From an uncultured Phycisphaerales bacterium (GTDB lineage: Bacteria; Planctomycetota; Phycisphaerae; Tepidisphaerales; Tepidisphaeraceae), in NCBI GenBank assembly GCA_963758525.1, contig CAVWVQ010000005.1, positions 288,001 through 352,000 on the forward strand: a stretch of 64,000 nt of DNA, read 5' to 3'. A program made the translations under genes and the position numbers. Below, piece after piece: positions 42,088 to 52,133 of the stretch. Below the pieces are notes generated by a model. The model was not told the origin of the DNA, searched no databases, and was given only the letters and a program-made list of their open reading frames with translations. Position 1 is the first letter of the stretch, and every line of letters begins with the position of its first letter.

Positions 42088-43869
42088 TCACTGCCCCACT
42101 CCCAGTTCCGTAACGGTTCCCGTGGCAACCGCATTGTCCAGTGTTGCGTTGACCGGATTCGAGAGCGTCAACGTGAAATCCAGGATGGTCGTGATCGTGG
42201 CATTGCCGAAAATCGGGATGCTGACGAGCTTGTTCGTCTGACCCGGATCGAAGGTGACCGTTCCGGTCTGGGCCGTGTAATCGATGCCGGCGACCGCGGT
42301 GTCGTCGGCGGTCGTGTATTGAACAGAGACCGGAAGCGTTGAGGCCGACTCCAGCGATACTGTGAAGTTGATCACGCCATTCTGGGCGCTGTGCACCATC
42401 GCGCTCGCATCTTCGACGGTGACCAGCGGCACTCCGACGACCTCGGCGAGATTTTGAATCGTTCCGGTCGCGGTCGCTCGCGCGATGATTCCATTCACCG
42501 GGCTGGAGATGTTGACCGCGAAAATCTGGTCGCCAAAGGCGAACGGGTCCGCAAGCACCGGCACGGTGAACGCGAGGCTGGTCTGCCCTGGCTGAAACGT
42601 GAGCGTTCCGGAGCTGGCGGTGTAATCCGTGCCGGCGGTGGCGTTCTCAAACACGCCCGAATCGGTGCTGCCGCCATCGGCAGTGTTGTAGGTAAAGGTG
42701 ACCGGCAATGACGAGGGCGCGTTCAGCGTTGCGAAAAACGTCACCGGTTTCAGCGGAGCAGCATTGGCCTCATCCACTACCGCGTCATTGATCGTGATCG
42801 AAGGGTAGAAAAGGATGGTACCGATCGCGTTGTTGCCGACGATCTGCGCATTGGCCGGTGCGGAGAGAACCAGACGGAATTGCCCGTCCGCATTGACATT
42901 GCTATCGACGGCCGTGGGAACCGAAATGGTCGCCGTGGTCTGACCGGCGGGGATTGTCAGAATGCCGTTCGTCTGCGCGAATTGCGCCTCGCTTGCGGTG
43001 CCGGGCGTTGTGAAATAATGGACGGAGACATCATTGGCCGACGGAGCAGAGAGCGTCAGATTGAAGACCGCGTCGGCGCCGCGAACTGCGGTTGCATTCG
43101 AGATCGTCAGGTTGGGACGGACGATCCCGCCGGTCACATCATCCGTAATGACAACCCGGGAAAACGTCCCCGGGGGGACCTGCCCGTTGGTCGCGCCGGT
43201 GATGTTGACGTCGAAGACCTTGTCCGGCGATACCATTGCCGTGCCGACGATTTTAATCTTGATGTTGCCGCCGGTCCTGAATGGGGGGATCACGACATAT
43301 CCGTTGCCGGGAAAATAGTTGATACCGGGAACGGCGGTGACGCCTTGCGTCAGGTAGTGAACGGTAACGGGTGAGGCCGTGCGGTTGGTCAGCCCGACGA
43401 AGAAGCTGGCGATCGTGACGCGATGCGCTCCGAGCCCGACTTTTACCGTTGCATCAGAAACCGTCACCGTCGGCGGCGTGCTGCTTTCGATGATGGTGGC
43501 GCTGGTCTTCTTGCTGGCAAGATCATTTCCGGGGCCGGCGCTGAGCCTGACGAAAAACGCGCGATCCGGCTCGGTCACCGTGCTGGAGAGCACGTTCACC
43601 GAAAATGTCGCGCTCGTCGCGCCCGCCGGGATCACAACATGCGAGGCGGTCGCGCGATAGTCGAGCCCCGCCTTCGCGGAACCGTTCAGCGTCGAATACG
43701 ACAGCTTGATCGGACTGGCAGCGGGGGCGTCGAGCGTGGCGGTGAAGACCGCCTGCGTCGGCGCGATGCCGGCCACCACTTCAACCGGTGTGACCGTGAT
43801 CGTGGAAAAGAGCCTGCGGGATTCGAGCAATTCGATGGTGTCGGTCCGTGCACGCAAGGTGTTGTTCAT
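42088..43869 (-). CDS. Calx-beta repeat surface protein with LEPR-XLL motif
   Basis: IELLESRRLFS followed by five repeats of F.V.L..AS..PV.V.Y.T.DGTA.AG.DY....GTLTF.PGQT. Confidence 0.88.
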   Translation of the reverse strand: MNNTLRARTDTIELLESRRLFSTITVTPVEVVAGIAPTQAVFTATLDAPAASPIKLSYSTLNGSAKAGLDYRATASHVVIPAGATSATFSVNVLSSTVTEPDRAFFVRLSAGPGNDLASKKTSATIIESSTPPTVTVSDATVKVGLGAHRVTIASFFVGLTNRTASPVTVHYLTQGVTAVPGINYFPGNGYVVIPPFRTGGNIKIKIVGTAMVSPDKVFDVNITGATNGQVPPGTFSRVVITDDVTGGIVRPNLTISNATAVRGADAVFNLTLSAPSANDVSVHYFTTPGTASEAQFAQTNGILTIPAGQTTATISVPTAVDSNVNADGQFRLVLSAPANAQIVGNNAIGTILFYPSITINDAVVDEANAAPLKPVTFFATLNAPSSLPVTFTYNTADGGSTDSGVFENATAGTDYTASSGTLTFQPGQTSLAFTVPVLADPFAFGDQIFAVNISSPVNGIIARATATGTIQNLAEVVGVPLVTVEDASAMVHSAQNGVINFTVSLESASTLPVSVQYTTADDTAVAGIDYTAQTGTVTFDPGQTNKLVSIPIFGNATITTILDFTLTLSNPVNATLDNAVATGTVTELGVGQ

Positions 43870-44149
43870 GGGGCGGCATCTCGATGGAAAGCGGCCTGTG
43901 GAGCTTTCAGATTCGACGCACCGGTGGAGGTCCATCCGCGATCATCGTTCGTCTAAAGGGCTCCGCCGGGACTGGCGGCAATGGTAACTTGCGCGACAAA
44001 AGAATTCCATTTTTACCGATTTTCGGGCAGCAGGGGGGAGCAGGGGGGCAGGGGAGGGCCGTTTGGAAGTCCAGAATATGCTTCGGTATCAGTGCCTTCT
44101 GAGTGCCTACGGAGCTTGCTCCGTAGGTTTTGCCTCACTCGGGCTGCTG

Positions 44150-44784
44150 TCAACTTCTTCCGCCCCGACTTCGCGCCTCCTCCCACTTTCGATGCCCTCC
44201 CCAGTCAATGTAATGCAGATCGGGTCGTTTCTGGGCGTACTCCTTGTACAAGGCGATCGCTTGCGGATCTTCCAGGATCTGCACCTCGCGGATGTTCCCT
44301 TCACGCAAGATTGCCTCGGTGCTGGGGGCATTGGTAATGTCCCCGATCACCACTTTCTGGAAGTTGGCGCGATGGGTGATCTGGCGCAGCACACGACGCA
44401 GGGCGTGAGCGTCGTAAACATCACCGCCTTGCGAAAATCGACCGGCCCATTGCCTTCGAGCATCGCCACTCGTCCTGCATCGCGCAGCGCCGCGGTTTCC
44501 CCGTGCGTCGTGGAGTCGTTTTGCTGACCTAGGGTGTTGTGTCCCTTCCCCATGATTTGCCGGGTGGCGCTGTCGATGATGACTCCGCCGATGGGGCAAC
44601 CGCCCTCGTCATGGGATTTCTGCGCTAAGAGAGTGCCGATCCGCATGAAATCCGCGTCCGACAATTGCTGGAAGAAAACGGGATCGATCAGCTTGGGAAG
44701 ATATTCGGTGGGAAGATACGCGATGACATTGAGCAGCGCATCGTTCGGGGGCGTATCTTTGGTGATAAAAAAGTCGGTCTTCAT
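44150..44784 (-). CDS. Zn-dependent nucleoside/cytosine deaminase (CDA superfamily; frameshift near 44384)
   Basis: EGGCPIGGVI, GHN, HGETAALR, TTLTPCVVC; one added C gives CCAQITHRANFQKVVIG. Confidence 0.85.
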
Positions 44785-44851
44785 AACGATCGATTCTAGC
44801 AAAAGTCTCTGATCGTGTCGGAGCTGTATCGCCGAGGGTTCTAAGTCATCA

Positions 44852-45007
44852 GCGCCGCTGGACGCACCTCGCAAGCGAGGCGGCTAACGGATGCGGAGTG
44901 CTTCGCACGCGGGAAGGATCATCTGACGACGCTGTGCCTTCTTGTTCTGGTGTCTTCTCATTCCGTATTCTTCAGCCGCCTCACTTGCGGGGCGTGTCCA
45001 GCGGCGC
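44852..45007. repeat. REP doublet upstream of RAYT (copies 44852..44887 + and 44972..45007 -)
   Basis: GCGCCGCTGGACGCACCTCGCAAGCGAGGCGGCTAA and an inverted copy; internal palindrome CCTCGC-AA-GCGAGG. Confidence 0.9.
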
Positions 45008-45033
45008 ATATATTCCACACCCAACGAGTTTCG

Positions 45034-45629
45034 ATGCGCCTGCTCGCCGCTCACATTATCTTTACCGCATACGGTTTCTGGCTGCCCAACGACCCGCGCG
45101 GTTCATGGAGCGAGTGGGTCGCCTCCTGGGAACTTCTCAAATACGGAAGGGCAACCAAAGTCGATCACGGCAGGTCCGTCGCTCGCGTGAAGCACGACGC
45201 GGATTTACGGAGAGCCGCGAAGCAGTCACTGAAATACAGTCCAGTGCTGTTTACCGGCCTGCAAGCGCGCAGCATCGCGCGCGGATTCAGTAGAGCGATT
45301 GACGAGGGCGACTATCCCGTTCACGCCTGTTCGATTTTGCCCGATCACGTTCATCTGGTAATCGGGGACCACGAACGACGGTTCCAGCAGATCACATCGC
45401 ATTTAAGGGTCATGCATCGCGGGCGTTGCGGGCAGAAGGATTGCATCCATTTGTGAAGCATGAAAGACCTGATGGGTCGCTGCCATCAATCTGGGCGGAG
45501 GGGTTGTGGAAGGTGTACTGCTATGATCGCGATCATGTTCTTGATGCGATCGGATACGTGGAGAGGAATCCGCTGCGCGAGGGGAAGCGCAGACAGCCCT
45601 GGTGGTTTGTCAGGGGCTTCGAGCAGTAG
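45034..45629 (+). mobile_element. REP-associated tyrosine transposase (RAYT, Y1 HUH family; frameshift near 45405)
   Basis: HIIFTAYGFWLPNDPRG N-terminus, HUH motif ILPDHVHLVI, HLKGHASRAL after adding one A, IWAEG, YVERNP; flanked by REP doublets; no tnpB. Confidence 0.88.
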
Positions 45630-45867
45630 CGCCGCTGGACGCACCTCGCAAGCGAGGCGGCTAACTAAAGGATTCGGAGTGCTTCGCATGCGCGAGGAAT
45701 CATTCGTGTCCTGTCGCTCAACTTCCTTATCCTTTAGCCGCCCCGCTCGCGGGGCGCGTCCAACGGCGCAACTATCGAGCAACCCAACGAGCTTCCTTAT
45801 CCTTTAGCCGCCCTCGCTCGCGGGGCGGGTCCAACGGCGCAACTATTGAGCAACCCAACGAGCTTCC
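45629..45867. repeat. REP cluster downstream of RAYT (45629..45664 +, 45734..45769 -, 45804..45840 -), last unit tandemly duplicated
   Basis: 45629..45664 is identical to 44852..44887; the about 70 bp unit cttccttatcctttagccg...ggcgcaacta..gagcaacccaacgag occurs twice. Confidence 0.9.
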
Positions 45868-45878
45868 GAAGCGTGCTG

Positions 45879-47105
45879 TTATCCTGGCAGATCCCGATCC
45901 CGCACCCCGATCAGGTACAGAATCGAGTCCAGCCCAAGCTGCGAGATCTTGTGACGGGCGCTTTGTGCAACCATGGGCTTGGCGTGGAAGGCGATCCCTA
46001 ACCCAGCCGCGGCGAGCATCGGCAGATCGTTGGCGCCGTCGCCGACGGCGATCGTCTGCTGCAGCGAGATGTTTTCCTGGGTTGCGATCTCCTCCAGAAG
46101 CTGCGCTTTGCGCTGGGCGTTGATGATTTCACCTTTCAGCCGGCCGGTGAGGACGCCGTCGGTAATTTCCAGGTCATTGGTGCGAACATAGTCGATGCCA
46201 AAGCGCTGCTGGAGATGGCGGCCGAAATAGGCGAATCCGCCGGAGATGATGGCGGTCTTGTACCCGAAGGATTTGAGGGCGGTGATGAGCCGCTCGGCGC
46301 CTTCGGTCAGATTCAGCCGGGCGGCGACGCGCGGCAGCGTCGCTTCGGCCAGGCCCTTGAGCAGGGCCACGCGGCGGGTAAGGCTCTGCTCGAAGTCCAA
46401 CTCGCCGCGCATCGCTGATTCGGTGATCGCGCTGACGCGGTCGAAGACGCCGGCTTCGCGAGCCAATTCGTCGATCACTTCGTGCTGGATCAGCGTGGAA
46501 TCCATGTCGAACGCGACGAGCCGGCGGATGCGCCGATAGATGTTGTCGCGCTGCCAGGCGAGGTCGATCGGAGTCCATTGCGTGATCTGCATGAGCGCGG
46601 CCCGCAACAGGTCTTCATCGTGCGGCTGGCCGCGAACGGAAAATTCCACGCAGGCGCGTTGCGCCCGGCCGTCCTCCACGCGCGGGGGTCGGCCTGAAAG
46701 GCGGGTGATGATGTCGATGTTCAATCCCTGCGCCGCAAGCACCGAAGAGACCGCCGCCAGGTGCTCGGCGGCGAGCCTTCGCGCCAGCAGCGTGAGAATA
46801 AAGCGCGGCGCGCCCTGCCGCGCCACCCAGGCATCGTATTGCTCATCGTCCACCGGCGAGATCCGCAGCCGCAGCTCCGCGTGATGCGCGGTAAACAGGA
46901 GATCCTTCAGCACCGCCGTCGATTCCACCTCCGGCGGGAGCCGCACGAGCATGCCCAGCAGCAGGGTTTTGTGAATCACCGTCTGGTTGATGTCGAGGAT
47001 TTCGATGTTCTGGCGACCCAGAATCTGCGTGAGGGATGCCGTGATCCCCGGATGGTCCTCGCCGGTCACATGGAGCAGGAGAATGGATTGAGTTACATCA
47101 GCCAA
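45879..47105 (-). CDS. serB: Phosphoserine phosphatase (ACT-ACT-HAD)
   Basis: VTGEDHPGIT, FDMDSTLIQHEVIDELA, AMRGELDF, ISGGF, AVGDGANDLPML, AFHAKP. Start approximate (TTG 47105). Confidence 0.95.
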   Translation of the reverse strand: MADVTQSILLLHVTGEDHPGITASLTQILGRQNIEILDINQTVIHKTLLLGMLVRLPPEVESTAVLKDLLFTAHHAELRLRISPVDDEQYDAWVARQGAPRFILTLLARRLAAEHLAAVSSVLAAQGLNIDIITRLSGRPPRVEDGRAQRACVEFSVRGQPHDEDLLRAALMQITQWTPIDLAWQRDNIYRRIRRLVAFDMDSTLIQHEVIDELAREAGVFDRVSAITESAMRGELDFEQSLTRRVALLKGLAEATLPRVAARLNLTEGAERLITALKSFGYKTAIISGGFAYFGRHLQQRFGIDYVRTNDLEITDGVLTGRLKGEIINAQRKAQLLEEIATQENISLQQTIAVGDGANDLPMLAAAGLGIAFHAKPMVAQSARHKISQLGLDSILYLIGVRDRDLPG

Positions 47106-47148
47106 CGTCGCGGGATTGTAAGGGGCGACAGGGGGGTGTAAAGCGATC

Positions 47149-47267
47149 GTGAGGCGGACTCGGGCTGGGATACTCGCGCTTCCAGATGATATAAAGATGC
47201 GGACGACACGCTGTACGTTATTCACGCGATGCCGCTGACGACACGCAGACGGAAGGTCCATCGGTGA
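47149..47267 (+). pseudogene. Remnant of a BrnT-like toxin gene
   Basis: 47193..47267 reads KDADDTLYVIHAMPLTTRRRKVHR*, preceded out of frame by VRRTRAG; resembles a BrnT/RelE-type C-terminus; no intact start. Confidence 0.45.
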
Positions 47268-47309
47268 TGGCGTGCCCCACGTCGACGTCCGGCGCGATCG
47301 GAGAACACT

Positions 47310-47537
47310 ATGGACCAGCGAAAAACTCGTACCAGGGAATTGACCGGGCGTGCATTTGACGCCCTTCCTGATGTCGAGAAGCAGCGGATTTTTGACGAAC
47401 TCGAAAGCGGCACGCCCGAGCGGCGCCGCGCCGAGGCGACGGCGCCGACCGCGGCGGAGAAGGCGCGGTTGCATCGCGTCCACAAAAAGATGGGACGACC
47501 GAAGATCGGCAACCGGGTCAAAGATTCCTTCAAATGA
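47310..47537 (+). CDS. Small protein, probable truncated BrnA-like antitoxin
   Basis: GGAGAA RBS; ...AEKARLHRVHKKMGRPKIG, ending soon after the GRP motif without a ribbon-helix-helix tail. Confidence 0.5.
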   Translation: MDQRKTRTRELTGRAFDALPDVEKQRIFDELESGTPERRRAEATAPTAAEKARLHRVHKKMGRPKIGNRVKDSFK

Positions 47538-47549
47538 GCTGCGCTCGCA

Positions 47550-48626
47550 TTATTCATTGTATGCGGCACTGATAGCAGTGCCTTGGGGCGCTGGCCCTTC
47601 GACACTCGCCGACCGAGCGCGATTGATCTCCTCCATCGCGGCGGCGGCAATTTCGAACGAGTGAACTCTTGCGGCATGATCGAAGATATTCGCGGTGAGG
47701 ATCAGCTCATCCGCGCCTGTAGCGGCAATCAGTTTTTCCAGGTAAAGCCGGACAGTCTCCGCGGAACCGGCGATGGAGTAATGCGTTTTGCGAAAGACCT
47801 CCATTTCCTCGGCCAGGGACCAGCGGCCTTTCATGGTGTCGATGGCCGGCGGAAGCTCGCGCGGCGTCCCGCGAATGTAGTTGAGAAAGGCCTGCTGCAG
47901 CGACGTGAACAGACGTCGCGCTTCCTCATCGCTGTCGGCGGCGATGACGTTGACTCCAACGATGGTCTGAGGATGAGTCAAGAATTCGGAGGGCTGGAAG
48001 TTGCCGCGGTAGAGACGAAGGGCAACGTCGAGATACTCGGGGGCGAAGTGAGAGGCAAAGGCAAAGGGGAGTCCGAGCTCGGCGGCGAGGCGGGCGCTGA
48101 AGTCGCTGGAACCCAGGAGATAAATCGGAACGTGAAGGCCCTGCCCGGGGACCGCTTTGACGAATTGCCCCGGAGTGGGGACGGCGAAGTAACCCTGCAG
48201 CTCGAGCAGATCGCGGGGAAAGGTGTCGCCGTCGCTTCCAAGGCTCCGGCGCAGGGCGCGGGCGGTCCGGCCGTCGCCCCCGGGAGCGCGGCCGACGCCG
48301 AGATCGATGCGGCCGGGGTAGAGAGATTCCAGCGTGCCGAACTGTTCGGCGATGGTAAGGGGCGCGTGGTTGGGGAGCATGATGCCGCCGGATCCGATGC
48401 GCATGCGCGAGGTGCCGCCGGCAATATGGCCGATGAGGACCGCCGTGGCGGCGCTGGCGATGCCGGACATGTTGTGGTGCTCGGCAAGCCAGTAGAGGGT
48501 GTAGTTCCATCGCTCGGCGTGTTGGGCGAGGTCCAGAGAATTGCGAAAGGAATCGGCAGCGCTGCCGCCGGCGCAAATCGGGGAGAGGTCGAGGATGGAG
48601 TAACGGGTGGGGCTGGTGTGGGGCAT
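47550..48626 (-). CDS. LLM-class flavin-dependent oxidoreductase (luciferase-like)
   Basis: [66 protein letters not shown]. Confidence 0.93.
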   Translation of the reverse strand: MPHTSPTRYSILDLSPICAGGSAADSFRNSLDLAQHAERWNYTLYWLAEHHNMSGIASAATAVLIGHIAGGTSRMRIGSGGIMLPNHAPLTIAEQFGTLESLYPGRIDLGVGRAPGGDGRTARALRRSLGSDGDTFPRDLLELQGYFAVPTPGQFVKAVPGQGLHVPIYLLGSSDFSARLAAELGLPFAFASHFAPEYLDVALRLYRGNFQPSEFLTHPQTIVGVNVIAADSDEEARRLFTSLQQAFLNYIRGTPRELPPAIDTMKGRWSLAEEMEVFRKTHYSIAGSAETVRLYLEKLIAATGADELILTANIFDHAARVHSFEIAAAAMEEINRARSASVEGPAPQGTAISAAYNE

Positions 48627-48745
48627 GCAGGGGTCTTTAACGGAAGGCATTTTCATTCTAGGCGGGAGAAGCTGAAGCGGGGAAGGTTAAATCGCCGGAT
48701 CGGGACGGGCGTGAGCATCGATTCGGAAGTCCGTTCATCCAACTC

Positions 48746-48984
48746 TCGCGTGCGCAGCACTCCAAATCCTTTAGCCGCCTCGCTTGCGAGGCGTGTCCAA
48801 TGGCGCCGTTTCGCCGCTGAGCGCACAATGTACCAGTTCGCGCTCGCGTTCCCTCCCGCATCTGAAGTTCGGTGAATTGCTGAACATTTTGCGCCGCTGG
48901 ACACGCCCCGCAAGCAGGGCGGCTAAAGGATAAGGAAATTGAGCGACAGGAGATGAATGATCCTCCACAGGCTTCGCACGCGAG
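48746..48984. repeat. Distal REP cluster of the RAYT family (48771..48806 -, 48891..48926 +) with conserved flanking spacer sequence
   Basis: Reverse complement of 48771..48806 is GCGCCATTGGACACGCCTCGCAAGCGAGGCGGCTAA; 48891..48926 is GCGCCGCTGGACACGCCCCGCAAGCAGGGCGGCTAA; flanks match the 45665..45733 spacer. Confidence 0.88.
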
Positions 48985-49011
48985 CTGCAAAAAAGCTTGA
49001 GAGCGACAGGG

Positions 49012-50856
49012 CTACCGCGCTTCGGCGGTCTCCAGCGGGACTTGTCGGCGATATTCCTTCTCGTTGAAGTCGACCAGCTTCGGTCTAACGGAGGCAGGCG
49101 GCAACTCCAGCTCGGGCGAAGGGGGAACCTGCAGGTAAGTGAGGGCGCGCTGCATCATCTGCGACGCGCCGGGGGCGGAGACGGTGCCGCCGAAATGGGC
49201 GATGGCGGGGTCGGGCTCGTGAATGATGAAGGCGATGACCATCCGGGGATTCTCGGCGGGGGCGGCACAAATGAAACTGCTGGTGAAACGGGTGAGGCTG
49301 TAGCCGTTTTTCCCTTCGCTGATGTGCGCGGTGCCGGTCTTGCCGAAGAGGTTCCAGTATTCGCTGCGGGCTTTGGTGGCCGTGCCGCGGACGACCACGT
49401 CGCAAAGAATTTGCCGCATCTGCATCTCGGTTTCGGTGCTGATCATGCGCGGGCAGTCGGCAAGCGGTGTCGCTTTGTGCAGGGGGATGATCTGGCCATT
49501 GGGACCAAGCGTTCCTTTGATAATGGTGGGGCGAATCAGGCGTCCGCCGTTGGCGTAGGCGCAGAAGTTTCGGCAGAGTTGCAGCGGCGTGATGCGCAGC
49601 TCATATCCCTGCGCGACGGACTCGGTGCTGTATTTGTTCCACTCGCGCAGCGGATTGAGCCGGCCGGGATCTTCGCCGGGAAGTTCGATGCCGGTGGCGT
49701 GTCCATACTGCCACATGGCAAGAACCTGATGCAGGCGGGGATTGCCCATGCGTTCGCCCAGCATGGACATCACGATATTGCTGGATTTGACCAGCCCGTC
49801 CCATGTCGAGAGCGGGCCGTAGGCGTGCACGTCGGTGATGGTGCGGCCATACGGCGTGCGGTAAGTCTTGCCGGGGACGGGCCAGACTTCGTCGATGCGG
49901 GTGATGCCGGCTTCGAGTGCGGGGCCGGCGATGAAGGGCTTGCCCGTGGAACCGGGCTCGTAAGAATCGCAAACGGCGCGGTCGCGGCGAATTTTTTCAT
50001 CCGAATCGTTCAGATTCTGCGGATTGAACGTCGGCCAGTTCGCGAGAGCCAGCACTTCGCCCGTGCGGGGATCCATCGCGACAACTTCCCCGGATTTGAC
50101 CTTGAATTTCTCGCAGGTGGCGGAGAGTTCCTGCTCGGCGATCATCTGAATGTTCGTATCAATGGTCAGCACCAGATCCTGGCCCTGCTCCGGCGGCTGG
50201 TAGTCCTCGCTCGCAACCGAAATCGCGCGATGGTGCGCATCTTTGAGCGTGCGTTCCCACCCGTCGCGGCCCGTGAGCTGTTTGGCAAATGCCAGCTCAA
50301 CACCTTCCAGCCCCTTGCCATCCTTACCGACGCCGCCCAGCACATGGGCCGCGAGCGATCCCATCGGGTAATAGCGAAAGTTTGTCGGCTGCATGCCGAC
50401 GCCTGGAAGATCGAGCTTGCGGATTTGCGCGGACGTGGAATCGTCCAGGTTTTCGGCGACTTTGACAAACCGCGAGGTCGAGCGGTCGCCGAGCAACTGA
50501 GCGAGCTCAAACGAATCCCGATCGAGGATCTTCGCCAGCTTGCTGATCGCGTCATCCATCTCGACGAGGCTGTGGCCCTCCTGCTGGTAGAAATCAGACA
50601 GGAATTTGGGGTCTATAAAGAGAGTCTGCGTTTGAATGGTGCCGGCCATGAGCTGCCCGTTGGCGCTGAAGATCCCCCCGGGCCGCGCCGGGAGCGGGAT
50701 TGTCTCATGCTGCTGGCGCTCGGCGCGGGAGATCGTCTGCTGACGACCGATCGTTTCGAGATAGAGCACCCGGCCGAGCATTCCGACCAGGAGCAAGCAG
50801 ACCAGAACGAAGACCGCCGCGGCACGATGAAAGGAGAACGTCTTCATGGAGAGCAT
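49012..50856 (-). CDS. ftsI: Class B penicillin-binding protein (FtsI/PBP3-like)
   Basis: N-terminal TM, RYYPMG, GLEGVE, GQDLVLTID, EPGSTGK (SxxK), KSSNI (SxN), GKTGT; last gene of the dcw cluster. Confidence 0.9.
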   Translation of the reverse strand: MLSMKTFSFHRAAAVFVLVCLLLVGMLGRVLYLETIGRQQTISRAERQQHETIPLPARPGGIFSANGQLMAGTIQTQTLFIDPKFLSDFYQQEGHSLVEMDDAISKLAKILDRDSFELAQLLGDRSTSRFVKVAENLDDSTSAQIRKLDLPGVGMQPTNFRYYPMGSLAAHVLGGVGKDGKGLEGVELAFAKQLTGRDGWERTLKDAHHRAISVASEDYQPPEQGQDLVLTIDTNIQMIAEQELSATCEKFKVKSGEVVAMDPRTGEVLALANWPTFNPQNLNDSDEKIRRDRAVCDSYEPGSTGKPFIAGPALEAGITRIDEVWPVPGKTYRTPYGRTITDVHAYGPLSTWDGLVKSSNIVMSMLGERMGNPRLHQVLAMWQYGHATGIELPGEDPGRLNPLREWNKYSTESVAQGYELRITPLQLCRNFCAYANGGRLIRPTIIKGTLGPNGQIIPLHKATPLADCPRMISTETEMQMRQILCDVVVRGTATKARSEYWNLFGKTGTAHISEGKNGYSLTRFTSSFICAAPAENPRMVIAFIIHEPDPAIAHFGGTVSAPGASQMMQRALTYLQVPPSPELELPPASVRPKLVDFNEKEYRRQVPLETAEAR

Positions 50857-50916
50857 CTCAAGTCCGATAATGTCATCGGACAGGAAGCCCCGCCGGTTGC
50901 ATTGAAAATTCGCTGA

Positions 50917-52133
50917 TCAGCAGCCGCGGATGTACATCCGCGGCTTGATTGGGTGGGCCGCTGGGCTTTGAACAACAATGCGCGAATGCGCTGGAGCGGC
51001 GCCGGAAGGGAAGAGCAGTTGGGGACCTGTGTCGGCGAGGACTTCGCGATAGAGAGCGATGTGGCGCTGTGCCGCGGAGCGGGCATCAAAGTTTTCACTC
51101 GCGAACGCTTTGGCGCGCCGCGACCAGCGGATCAGTGCATCCGTGGATTTCATCGCCTTGGTCAGCGCCATGGCCGCGGCCGCGGAGTCCGTTGGAAGCA
51201 GCAGGCCCAGATCGTTGTCGCGAAACGCGGCTGCGAGATGAATCTGATTGGAAATCGCGCAGGGCACACCCAGATGCATGGCTTCCGCGATCGAGATGCC
51301 AAACGATTCAGATCGCGACATCTGAATGTACATCGTCGCGTCGCAGAGAGCCCGAACCTTGTCCTGGCCGTAGACCGGCGGATGGAAGAAGACATTGGCG
51401 GCGCAGCCGCAGCGAATTTGCCGAAGCCATTCGCGCGTCGCGTGGTCCTGCAGGCCATAGAGATGGAACTCATGGTCGCGCATGAGGCCCGCAACGCCCA
51501 GGAGCAGGTCAATTCCCTTGACATGCACGTCAAATCGGCCCAGAAAAACAAGCCGGGGGGGAGTGAAGTTCTGCTTCCACTGGCTGCCTGCCAACGCATC
51601 GGTGTCGACGCCAACGGGCATGTTGCGGATCGGGACAGTCGCGGGGCCAAGAAATGCCCGCAGATCAGCTTCTTCGCCAGTCGATGCGGTGAGCATTGCC
51701 GCGGAGAGGCAGCGGGGACGTTCCAGCACCCTGGCGTAAATGGCTTTCTTTATTCGATTATGACGCAACACTTCGGCGGAAAGGCCTCCATGCGGCGTGG
51801 TGATATAAGCGATCCCCATCGCGCCAACTGCCGGGCAAGGGATGCCTGGCGGGGGATGAAGACCGAATGCATATGAACCAGATCCGGCCGGCGCTCATCG
51901 ACCGCCTCCGCGAGCTTGCGATGGTTCACACTCCATAACCCGCCGCCCAGAAAGAGCAGGCGGATGCCCGCCGCCTTGGCCGCACTCAGCGCGGCGGCGC
52001 TCGGTACCACCCGCAGGAGAAGCGTCACCTGATGGCCAAGCCGCGCCTGATGCCGGGCGAGGAGCCAGATGGTGGCGTTGACACCGTTGACACCCACCGA
52101 ATTCGCATCGGCCCCGTCGTGCCAAATGCACAT
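50917..52133 (-). CDS. Glycosyltransferase family 4 (frameshift near 51815)
   Basis: NGVNATIWLLA..Q.RLGHQV, VHMHSVFIP, YITTPHGG, FLGRFDVHVKGIDLL, SRSESFGISIAEAMHLG. Start uncertain (52133 or up to 52241). Confidence 0.85.

Noticed and set aside
45034..45629. IS200/IS605 insertion sequence
   Set aside because: No tnpB, multiple inverted REP doublets rather than single end hairpins, and a RAYT-type N-terminus and NP motif.
47583..48875. 430 aa plus-strand ORF
   Set aside because: Antisense to the LLM oxidoreductase gene.
44852..48926. 36-bp repeats as a CRISPR array
   Set aside because: Copies alternate in orientation, spacers are 34-84 bp and similar to one another, and the adjacent gene is a RAYT, not cas.
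48997..50916. 639 aa plus-strand ORF
   Set aside because: Antisense shadow of ftsI in GC-rich DNA; no motifs.
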